A DNA stretch of 64,000 bases, taken from NCBI GenBank assembly GCA_964645875.1, contig CAZYCX010000001.1:1007-65006 (forward strand). The letters run 5' to 3'. Of this stretch, positions 18,684 to 26,791 are shown piece by piece. Position numbers and translations under genes: made by a program. Source of the stretch: an uncultured Acidimicrobiaceae bacterium (GTDB lineage Bacteria; Actinomycetota; Acidimicrobiia; Spongiisociales; ZC4RG35). Under the pieces are notes generated by a model. It ran no database searches. It was not told where the DNA came from and was given only the letters and a program-made list of their open reading frames with translations. Position 1 is the stretch's first letter. Every line of letters begins with the position of its first letter.

Positions 18684-19626
18684 GCCGATCGCTCTCGCCG
18701 AGATCGAAGCCGCCCGCGAGCGCCTCGATGGTCTCGCGGTGAGGACGCCCCTGATCCGCTACAACGTCGATACCGGGCCGGTCGAGATCTATCTGAAGCT
18801 GGAGAACTTGCAGCCAATCGGTGCCTTCAAGATTCGCGGGGCGGGCAACGCGATGGCGATCGCCGGCGAGGAGGCCTTGCAAGCGGGGGTGTGGACGGCC
18901 AGTGCGGGAAACATGGCTCAAGGCGTCGCGTGGGGCGCAGCCCGGTTGGGGATCCGCTGTTCGGTGGTAGTCCCCGACCACGCTCCCCAAGCCAAACTCG
19001 AGGCTCTGCAACGTCTCGGGGCCGAGGTGCTCGAGGTCCCCTTCGACGAATGGTGGGAGATCATCGTCACCCATGAGCACGAGGGCCAGGACGGGTTGTT
19101 CGTCCATCCGGTCAGCGACCCGGCGGTCATTGCCGGCAACGGGACCATCGGTCTCGAGCTGGTCGAGGACCTCCCCGACCTCGACGCGGTCGTGGTGCCC
19201 TTCGGGGGCGGTGGGCTCAGCTCGGGGATCGCCTCCGCCTTGAGGCATCTCAAACCCGACGTGCCGGTCTATGGGGCGGAGGTGGAGACCTCGGCGGCTC
19301 TCGACGCCGCCTTCTCGGCTGGCGAGCCCACCTCCATCGAGTACGTCCCTTCGTTCGTCGACGGAATCGGCTCGTCGCGGGTGCTCGACGAGATGTGGCC
19401 CCTGGTCAGCGAGTTGCTGGCAGGCTCCCTGGTCGCCTCCCTGGACGAGGTCGAGACTGCCGTTCGCCTGCTGGCGATGAGGAATCGGGTGGTGGCGGAA
19501 GGCGCCGGCGCCGCCTCGGTAGCCAACGCAGCCAAGGGCGGGGCGGGCGAGGGAAAGGTGGTGTGCATCGTCTCCGGGGGGAACATCGACGTCTCGAAGC
19601 TGGCCGAGATCCTCACATCCGCTTGA
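18676..19626 (+). CDS. fold-type II PLP enzyme of the threonine/serine dehydratase family
   Basis: GTG 18676 overlaps the OCD gene end by 8 nt. ...YLKLENLQPIGAFKIRGAGNAM (PLP-lysine motif). 316 aa, catalytic domain only, with no ACT-like regulatory domain. Confidence 0.8.
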   Translation: MAEPIALAEIEAARERLDGLAVRTPLIRYNVDTGPVEIYLKLENLQPIGAFKIRGAGNAMAIAGEEALQAGVWTASAGNMAQGVAWGAARLGIRCSVVVPDHAPQAKLEALQRLGAEVLEVPFDEWWEIIVTHEHEGQDGLFVHPVSDPAVIAGNGTIGLELVEDLPDLDAVVVPFGGGGLSSGIASALRHLKPDVPVYGAEVETSAALDAAFSAGEPTSIEYVPSFVDGIGSSRVLDEMWPLVSELLAGSLVASLDEVETAVRLLAMRNRVVAEGAGAASVANAAKGGAGEGKVVCIVSGGNIDVSKLAEILTSA

Positions 19627-19727
19627 TCTCCATTTCCGCAAAGGCGCTGGAGGACAGCCCGCGAACCTGCCAACCGTGCCACAATCCCTCCGGCACACGC
19701 ACAGGGCAGGAGGAGTTTGGTGACCTG

Positions 19728-20480
19728 ATGGCTGGATACGTCACTCATGTAGACGACGTAGAGCCGCTGACCGACTCCGACGACACTGTCTCGACTCGGA
19801 CGACGATCGACGAGTCGGCCGGGGCGGAGCGTCTCGTCCAGTCGGTGCTCACGTTCTCCAGCGGGACGTCAACGACCCGCCACCAGGAGGGCCGCGACGA
19901 AATTGCGTATGTCGTTTCTGGGAGCGGCACTCTCGTCCTCGACGGAGTCCCCCACGACCTCGAGGCGGACATCGGGGTCTACATCCGGGCCGGTGAGAGC
20001 TATCACGTCATCAACGACGGAGACGACGACCTGATCCTGGTCTCGGTCACGGCTCCACCACCGGACGACGACGAGGTACCCACGAACCGCAGCGTCACCG
20101 TCGACGTCGCCGACCAGCCAGTCATTCCCGCTGGGAAGGACCGGGAGTTCAAATTCGTCATCAACCCCGACGCCGGTTGTCGGGAGGTGACCCAGTTCGT
20201 CGGCTGGATCCCGCCGGGTCGGGCACCCACCCACTATCACCTCTACGACGAGGTGATGTACATCCTCGAAGGCGAGGGTGTGCTCCATCTCGACGGTCAG
20301 CCCGACACCCCGATCGGGCCCGGCACCTGCATCCACCTACCTCCCCCCGTCGAACACTGCGTCGAGAACACCGGCGACATCCCGCTGAGGGTTCTCGGGG
20401 TGTTCCACCCGGCGGGGAGTGCCGCGGAGGCATACGAAGAAAAAGCAAACCAACGAGAAGGGAAACAACTCGATGAGTAG
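19728..20480 (+). CDS. bicupin protein
   Basis: Track ORF starts at 19395. ATG 19728 chosen (MAGYVTHVDDVEPL...). Two cupin barrels. The C-terminal barrel has a complete G-x5-HxH-x3-E-x6-G motif (GRAPTHYHLYDEVMYILEG). The N-terminal barrel is degenerate (TRHQEGRDEIAYVVSG). Confidence 0.7.
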   Translation: MAGYVTHVDDVEPLTDSDDTVSTRTTIDESAGAERLVQSVLTFSSGTSTTRHQEGRDEIAYVVSGSGTLVLDGVPHDLEADIGVYIRAGESYHVINDGDDDLILVSVTAPPPDDDEVPTNRSVTVDVADQPVIPAGKDREFKFVINPDAGCREVTQFVGWIPPGRAPTHYHLYDEVMYILEGEGVLHLDGQPDTPIGPGTCIHLPPPVEHCVENTGDIPLRVLGVFHPAGSAAEAYEEKANQREGKQLDE

Positions 20481-21690
20481 ACACAGAACATGGAGGCTGA
20501 TGGCCACACTGCTGGCCCTGTCCCTCGTCATCGCGGCCTGCGGTGACGACGCCGGGGACACCACGACCACGGCCGCTGCCGGCGACACCACGACGACCGC
20601 CGCCAGCCCGGACACCACGGAGGGTGAGACCACCACCACCGCCGCGGAGCCGATGGCCTGTGAGGCCACCGTCGGCTTCATTGGCCCGGTCACCGGACCG
20701 GTGGCCTTCATCGGTGAAGTCCAGCTGAACTGGTTCAACTACGCCTTGGAAACCTGGAACGAGGAGACGGGCTACGACTTCCAGATGGTGGAGGGCGACA
20801 ACCAGTTCGACACGGCTCAGAGCGCCACACTCGCCCAGCAGTTCCTCGACAATGAGGCAATGTTGGCCGCGGTCGGCCCCGCCGGAAGCGACCAGGTCGA
20901 TGCGGCAGGAGCCGTCTACGAGGCAGGCGACCCGAACTTCACGTTCATCTCGCCCTCGTCGACCCGCTCCGGCATCGCTGCCCAATACACCGGGATGTTC
21001 CGGACGGTTCCGACAGACGACGACCAAGGCCCGACGACCGCCGACTTCCTGGTCGCGCAGGGAGCACAGAACGTGTTCATCGTCGACGACCAGTCGTCGT
21101 ACTCGGTCGGACTGGCCGACTCAGTCGAGCAGAACCTCTCGGATGCGGATGTCACCGTGAACAGAGAGTCGGTGTCCCAGGACGTGACCGACTTCTCGGC
21201 GCTGGTCGGGACCATCCCCGACGAGGCCGACTTCGTCTATCTGCCATGGCAGGTGGCCGCAAACGGTCAGATATTCGCCAACCAGATGGCCGAGCAGGGC
21301 AAGGAAGCGGTGATCTTCGGATCGGACGGCATGGACGCGAACGAATTCACCGAGCCGGGCTCGTACATCGCGGCGTTCGCCCCCGACATCGCCGGTATCG
21401 AAGGCTCCCAGAGCGTCCTGGAGGGCTACCTGGAGCAATACGAGAACACCAACACCTTCGGACCGCCGGTCTACGCCGCTGCCGTGGTGATCTTCGAGGC
21501 CATCGACAGGGTCTGTCAGAGCGGGGCCACACCCGACCGGGCCAGTGTCCAGGCCGAGGTGGCCAACACCGACCTGGCCGACTCGATCCTGGGGTCGCCG
21601 ATCTCGTTCACCGACGACGGAGACCTGGCCGAAGGTCGGTTCTTCATCTTCCAGATCCAGGAGGACGGAACCAAGACCCTGGTCGAGTAA
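20473..21690 (+). CDS. ABC transporter substrate-binding lipoprotein, Leu/Ile/Val-binding (HAAT/LivK-like) family
   Basis: ATG 20473 overlaps the bicupin end by 8 nt. MSRHRTWRLMATLLALSLVIAACGDD lipobox, a Thr-rich linker, then a type-I periplasmic binding fold (VGFIGPVTGPVAFIG...). Confidence 0.8.
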   Translation: MSRHRTWRLMATLLALSLVIAACGDDAGDTTTTAAAGDTTTTAASPDTTEGETTTTAAEPMACEATVGFIGPVTGPVAFIGEVQLNWFNYALETWNEETGYDFQMVEGDNQFDTAQSATLAQQFLDNEAMLAAVGPAGSDQVDAAGAVYEAGDPNFTFISPSSTRSGIAAQYTGMFRTVPTDDDQGPTTADFLVAQGAQNVFIVDDQSSYSVGLADSVEQNLSDADVTVNRESVSQDVTDFSALVGTIPDEADFVYLPWQVAANGQIFANQMAEQGKEAVIFGSDGMDANEFTEPGSYIAAFAPDIAGIEGSQSVLEGYLEQYENTNTFGPPVYAAAVVIFEAIDRVCQSGATPDRASVQAEVANTDLADSILGSPISFTDDGDLAEGRFFIFQIQEDGTKTLVE

Positions 21691-21732
21691 CGAAAGAGAG
21701 TCATCCCAAGGCGAGGAGCAGAGCGCTCACTG

Positions 21733-22650
21733 ATGGAGTTCTTTCTCCAGCAGACCCTCAATGGTCTGACACTCGGTAGCGTTTATGCGCTCATCGCCTT
21801 GGGATACTCCATGGTCTATGGGGTGCTGAAGTTCTTGAACTTCGCCCACGGCGAGGTCTACATGTTCGGCGCCTTCGCCGGTTACGGGGTGCTGACGGTC
21901 CTGGGAGGGGCGTCAGCACTCGTGGTCCCGGTCTGGGTGGCGATCTCTCTCATGTTCGTCGCCGCGATGATCGTTGCCTCGGGTATCGGCGTCGCCCTGG
22001 AGCGGTTTGCCTACCGTCCCCTGCGCAAGGCATCTCGTCTCGCTCCGCTCATCAGCGCAATCGGGGCGTCGTTCTTCCTCCAGGCCGCCGCCCTGTTGCT
22101 CTTCACCGCCAATTCGAGGAGCTACGACGCCCCAAGGCTGATACCCATCCAAACCGGGGTCACGATCGGGCCGATCAACGTCTGGTCGGTCCGGATCCTC
22201 GTAATCGTCACCGCGGTAGTCCTGATGATCCTGCTCACCTGGTGGGTGAAGAGCAGCCGGGTGGGCAAGGCGGTGCGGGCGGTCTCCTACGACACCGAAT
22301 CGGCGGCGATGATGGGGATCGACGTCGACCGGGTGATCGTGGCCACGTTTCTCATCGGCTCGGCGCTCGCCGGAATCGGTGGGGTCATGGTCGGCCTGGT
22401 CTTTGGGCGGATCTTCCACATGATGGGATTCATAGCCGGCCTCAAGGCGTTCACCGCCGCCGTGGTAGGCGGTATAGGGAGCGTTCCCGGTGCAATGTTG
22501 GGTGGTCTGCTGATCGGCTTCGCCGAGGCATACACCACCTCCTACATCTCCTCGACGTTTCAGAACCTGATCGTGTTCGGGTTGCTGATCGTCTTCCTGC
22601 TCGTCAGGCCGAGCGGCATCCTGGGGCGCCCGGAACTGGTCAAAGTCTGA
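21733..22650 (+). CDS. branched-chain-amino-acid-type ABC permease (LivH-like)
   Basis: 305 aa. MEFFLQQTLNGLTLGSVYALIALGYSMVYGVLKFLNFAHGEVYMFGAF is a canonical LivH-family N-terminus. Confidence 0.9.
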   Translation: MEFFLQQTLNGLTLGSVYALIALGYSMVYGVLKFLNFAHGEVYMFGAFAGYGVLTVLGGASALVVPVWVAISLMFVAAMIVASGIGVALERFAYRPLRKASRLAPLISAIGASFFLQAAALLLFTANSRSYDAPRLIPIQTGVTIGPINVWSVRILVIVTAVVLMILLTWWVKSSRVGKAVRAVSYDTESAAMMGIDVDRVIVATFLIGSALAGIGGVMVGLVFGRIFHMMGFIAGLKAFTAAVVGGIGSVPGAMLGGLLIGFAEAYTTSYISSTFQNLIVFGLLIVFLLVRPSGILGRPELVKV

Positions 22651-22702
22651 TGCCCCTTCCCACCGCACCCACCGGGCAAAGGCACGAGGAGAAACGTCGC
22701 TG

Positions 22703-24121
22703 ATGTCTCACATTGGGGTCGATCGCTGGGTGGAGGAGTCTGGAGAACGTCAGGAGCAGCACTCCGGATGGACTGCGCCCGCCCGGAGGATCATCGACAA
22801 GATCCGCCCGGGCTGGCGTCTCGCGTTGTTCTTGATCGTGGTAGCTATCTACCCATTCCTGGTCGGCCCGAGCGGGGTCAGGATCGGCATCACCGTCCTG
22901 CTTCTCGCCGTTCTCGCCCTCGGGCTCAATGTCGTGGTCGGATGGGCGGGTCTGCTCGACCTGGGCTATGTCGCCTTCTACGGGTTCGGCGCCTACTTCT
23001 ACGCCATCGTCTCTTCAAACCAGTTGGGGCTGCACTGGCCCACCTGGTTGTCGATCCCGGTGGTCGTCCTCGCCACCGCGCTCCTCGGCGTTCTGCTCAG
23101 CCTTCCGTCACGCCGACTCGTCGGCGACTACCTCGCCATCATGACCTTGTTCTTCGCCCAGGTCTTCGTCGAAATCGTGCGCAACTTCTCACGGCTCCCG
23201 GGCGTGACCACCGACATCACAGGCGGCCCCAACGGGATCGCCGGTGTGGACCCCTGGGTCCTCTTCGGGTTCGAGTTCAACACGTTCAACCGCTACTTCT
23301 ACCTGCTGCTCGCCCTGCTCGGCATCTTGGTCGTGGGCTTGTACAACATCGACAACTCCCGTACCGGGCGCGCCTGGCGGGCACTACGTGAAGACACCCT
23401 CGCCGCCGAGCACATGACCACCCCGGTGAACCGTCTCAAGATGCTCGCCTTCGTCGTCGGAGCTGCGATCGCAGGTCTGAGTGGAACCATCTTCGCCGCG
23501 GTCCAGGTGGGGGTGTTCCCCAACAACTTCCTCCTCGTGTTCCTCATCACGGTCTATGCCGCCTTGATCCTGGGTGGCCTGGGCTCGATCCCTGGTGTCA
23601 TCTTCGGAGCCATCGCAGTGGCGTTCACACCTGAGATCCTGCGCAATCCAAGGGCGGCGAGCTGGCTCTTCTACGCCGGATTGCTGATCCTGTTACTCGC
23701 GATCATGAAACGAAAGGCCCGACTGGCCGCGGTCATCGCCGGAGTGTTCACATTCGGGCTCGTGCTGCGACTGGCGGTGCTCGGGATATGGGACGAGTCC
23801 ATCCTGGGGACCCCAAACGACACTCTGACCGGCGAACTACTCGACGGCTGGCTCCTCATATTGGGAGAACACCAGGACCTCGTCGCCAACTACGCATTCG
23901 TCCTGACGGTGATCGGAGTGCTGGTGGTGATCGTCAGCAAGGGCTGGTGGAAGCTGGCAGCCTTCGCCCCCACCATCTACCTCGCCATGTTCGTCTGGGA
24001 GAACAAACTGGCGTTGCAGCCGAGCGTCACCCGCCAACTGCTATTCGGAGGGGTGCTGATGGTGATGATGGCTGTCCGCCCGCAAGGCTTCCTCGGGATC
24101 CGTCGAGTGGAGATCACATGA
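22703..24121 (+). CDS. branched-chain-amino-acid-type ABC permease (LivM-like), extended
   Basis: 472 aa. LGLNVVVGWAGLLDLGYVAFYGFGAYFYA is the LivM-family core. Extra C-terminal TM helices. Confidence 0.85.
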   Translation: MSHIGVDRWVEESGERQEQHSGWTAPARRIIDKIRPGWRLALFLIVVAIYPFLVGPSGVRIGITVLLLAVLALGLNVVVGWAGLLDLGYVAFYGFGAYFYAIVSSNQLGLHWPTWLSIPVVVLATALLGVLLSLPSRRLVGDYLAIMTLFFAQVFVEIVRNFSRLPGVTTDITGGPNGIAGVDPWVLFGFEFNTFNRYFYLLLALLGILVVGLYNIDNSRTGRAWRALREDTLAAEHMTTPVNRLKMLAFVVGAAIAGLSGTIFAAVQVGVFPNNFLLVFLITVYAALILGGLGSIPGVIFGAIAVAFTPEILRNPRAASWLFYAGLLILLLAIMKRKARLAAVIAGVFTFGLVLRLAVLGIWDESILGTPNDTLTGELLDGWLLILGEHQDLVANYAFVLTVIGVLVVIVSKGWWKLAAFAPTIYLAMFVWENKLALQPSVTRQLLFGGVLMVMMAVRPQGFLGIRRVEIT

Positions 24122-24906
24122 CACCGATCCTCGAGGTCAAGGGGCTGTTCAAGAGCTTTGGAGGATTGACCGTAGTCTCCGATCTCGACATGGCGGTAGG
24201 CGCCGGGGAGATCGTCAGCGTCATCGGACCGAATGGCGCCGGAAAGACCACGTTGTTCAACATGATCAGCGGCATCTACCAGCCCAATTCCGGCGACATA
24301 CTGCTCGACGGAGAAAGCATCGTCGGGGCGACACCAGAACAGATCTCCAACCGGGGAGTGGCGCGCACGTTCCAGACGCTACGGGTTTTTCTGAACATGA
24401 CCGTGAGGGAGAACGTGATGGCCGCCACCTATGGAGCCACCAAGACCCGCATGTGGCAGTCGGCCCTTCGAACCCCGGCGGCGCGGCGGGAGGAGGAGGC
24501 GGTGCGACGAATCGCCGAGGAGAAACTCTCCTTCTTCGGCGACCGGCTCATGGGATATCGCTGGGATCAGCCGGCCTACAGCCTCTCGTACGCCAATCGG
24601 CGTCGGCTCGAGATCGCCAGGGCGATGGCCATCGATCCGAGGCTGCTGATGCTGGACGAGCCGGCGGCCGGGATGAACCCCGCCGAGACCCAGGAGATCA
24701 CCGAGTTGATCGGCCGCCTGAGGCAGGAAGCCGGCTATTCCATCCTCGTCATCGAGCACGACATGCATGTCGTAAAGGGCATCTCCGATCGTGTCATCGC
24801 CCTCGATCACGGAGTGAAGATCGCGGAAGGCTCCTTCGACGAGGTAGCCGAAGACCCCGCCGTGATCGAGGCATATCTGGGCTATGGGGCGGCGAACGAG
24901 AGATGA
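24118..24906 (+). CDS. ABC transporter ATP-binding protein (LivG-like)
   Basis: ATG 24118 overlaps the LivM-like stop (ATGA). MTPILEVKGLFKSFGGL..., Walker A GPNGAGKTT, signature YANRRRLEIARAM, Walker B LLMLDEPAAG. Confidence 0.9.
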   Translation: MTPILEVKGLFKSFGGLTVVSDLDMAVGAGEIVSVIGPNGAGKTTLFNMISGIYQPNSGDILLDGESIVGATPEQISNRGVARTFQTLRVFLNMTVRENVMAATYGATKTRMWQSALRTPAARREEEAVRRIAEEKLSFFGDRLMGYRWDQPAYSLSYANRRRLEIARAMAIDPRLLMLDEPAAGMNPAETQEITELIGRLRQEAGYSILVIEHDMHVVKGISDRVIALDHGVKIAEGSFDEVAEDPAVIEAYLGYGAANER

Positions 24907-25619
24907 CCGCCACCGCACCTCTCCTCGCTCTGCGTGGCATCAACACCTACTACGGGCAGATCCACATCCTCCAGGATGTCTCGATGGAGATCCGTGCCGG
25001 AGAGCTCGTGTGTCTCCTCGGGGGCAACGCCTCGGGCAAGTCGACCACCCTCAAGACCATCCTGGGGATAGTGGAGCCGCGCAGCGGGACTGTGGAGTTC
25101 GACGGCGAGGACGTCACCGAGACGTCGACCAGCCACCGCATCGCCAGGGGGATGGCGATCGTCCCCGAGAACCGACGGCTGTTCGCCCCCATGACCGTCT
25201 TCGAGAACCTGGAGATGGGGGCGTATCTGCGTCAGGACGACTACCAGGATGACCTGGAGTACGTCTACGAACTCTTCCCGGTCCTCAAGGATCGGCGCCA
25301 ACAGCTGGCCGGCACGCTCTCCGGCGGCGAACAGCAGATGGTGGCCATGGGGAGAGCACTGATGTCACAGCCGAAGCTGTTACTCATGGATGAGCCTTCG
25401 ATGGGGTTGGCTCCGATCCTGGTCGAACGCAGCTTCGAGATCATTCAGCAGGTGCACGAGACGGGAGTCTCGATCCTCGTCGTGGAGCAGAACGCCAACA
25501 TGGCCCTGTCGATAGCGGACCACGGATATGTGCTCGCCACCGGCAAGATCGTCCTCGCCGACACCGCATCGGCTCTGTCCGAGCACGAGGACCTGAAGAA
25601 GGCCTATCTTGGGCGCTGA
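24903..25619 (+). CDS. ABC transporter ATP-binding protein (LivF-like)
   Basis: ATG 24903 overlaps the previous stop (ATGA). Walker A GGNASGKST, signature LSGGEQQMVAMGRAL, Walker B LLLMDEPSMGL. Confidence 0.9.
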   Translation: MTATAPLLALRGINTYYGQIHILQDVSMEIRAGELVCLLGGNASGKSTTLKTILGIVEPRSGTVEFDGEDVTETSTSHRIARGMAIVPENRRLFAPMTVFENLEMGAYLRQDDYQDDLEYVYELFPVLKDRRQQLAGTLSGGEQQMVAMGRALMSQPKLLLMDEPSMGLAPILVERSFEIIQQVHETGVSILVVEQNANMALSIADHGYVLATGKIVLADTASALSEHEDLKKAYLGR

Positions 25620-26791
25620 TGCAAACAACCGCCGACGCAGTAAGCACAGACCTCCCCCACTCGATACGTGATCGCTTCCCGCTGTTGCGGCAGGCCGTGT
25701 ACACCAACAGCTGCTCCCAAGGGGCGCTCTCCGTCGACGTTCGGGCGGCCTATCAGCGCTATCTGAGCGACTGGGACGAGAGGGGCGCTCCCTGGGATCT
25801 GTGGGTCGAGTTGGCCGACGCCGCCCGTTCCCGGTTTGCCCACCTACTCAACGCCTCCACCGACGAGATCGCCGTGACCACCTCCGTATCGGCTGGGGTG
25901 AGCTCGCTGCTGAGCGGGCTCCGACAACACGACGGGCGAAACAAGATCGTGATGAGCGACTTCGAGTTTCCGACCATCGGACAGAACCTCCATGCCCAGG
26001 AGCTGGTGGGCATGAAAGTGGAGCATGTCCCGGCGGCTGACGACGTGACCATACCCCTCGAGCGTCTGGCCGAGACGATCGACGAGGAAACGGCACTGGT
26101 GGCGATAACCCATGTCTGCTTCCGCAACGGTTCCAAGACGGACGTGAAAACGGTCATCGACCTCGCCCACGAGGCCGGAGCTCTCGTGCTGCTCGACTCC
26201 TTCCAGGCGGTGGGCGCGATTCCCATCGACGTCCGTGAGCTCGACGCGGACTTCGTCGTCGGCGGCACCCTCAAGTATCTGCTGGGCTCAGCAGGGCTCG
26301 CGTTCCTCTATTGCCGGGCCGATCTGCTGCCGAGCATCACACCCACTCAGACGGGGTGGTTCGCCGACGAGAACATCTTCGAGATGGATATCTATGACTA
26401 CTCGCCGTCATCGACGGCCACGAAGTTCGAGAGTGGGACACCACCCGTTCCCAGCATCTACGCAGGCGTCGCCGGGATGGATCTCATGGAGGAGATCGGC
26501 ATCGGCCGGACCGAGCAGCACGTTTCCGCGCTCACCACACAGTTGATCGAGGGCCTCGACCGGATCGGAGCGAAAATGGTGACCCCTCGCGACCCGGCAC
26601 GGAGAGGCCCGATGATCGCGGTGCCTGTCGACGATGAACGGGCGATGGTCGCCGTCCTCGAGCAAGAGGGCATCCTGACCACTCCCCGGGACGGCAACAT
26701 CAGGCTCTCGTGGCACTGCTACAACTCGGCTGAGGACGTCGAGGCGGTCGTGGCCGGGCTGGAGCGCCATGCCGACTTGCTCGCCCCCTAA
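25619..26791 (+). CDS. class V-fold PLP-dependent enzyme, kynureninase-like subgroup
   Basis: ATG 25619 overlaps the LivF-like stop (TGATG). 390 aa. ...LLDSFQAVGAIPIDVRELDADFVVGGTLKYLLGSAGLAFLYC. The xKYLxGxxG lysine context resembles kynureninase (YKYLN.G.G) more than the SGHK motif of cysteine desulfurases. Subgroup assignment is from memory only. Confidence 0.7.
   Translation: MQTTADAVSTDLPHSIRDRFPLLRQAVYTNSCSQGALSVDVRAAYQRYLSDWDERGAPWDLWVELADAARSRFAHLLNASTDEIAVTTSVSAGVSSLLSGLRQHDGRNKIVMSDFEFPTIGQNLHAQELVGMKVEHVPAADDVTIPLERLAETIDEETALVAITHVCFRNGSKTDVKTVIDLAHEAGALVLLDSFQAVGAIPIDVRELDADFVVGGTLKYLLGSAGLAFLYCRADLLPSITPTQTGWFADENIFEMDIYDYSPSSTATKFESGTPPVPSIYAGVAGMDLMEEIGIGRTEQHVSALTTQLIEGLDRIGAKMVTPRDPARRGPMIAVPVDDERAMVAVLEQEGILTTPRDGNIRLSWHCYNSAEDVEAVVAGLERHADLLAP

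Noticed and set aside
17688-19626. Calling the OCD/dehydratase pair eutC/eutB (hydroxyectoine/ectoine utilisation)
   Set aside because: The pairing is reminiscent, but no eutA, doeA, doeB or Ehu/Ueh-type transporter is present and the order and context differ. I kept it as a family-level observation only.
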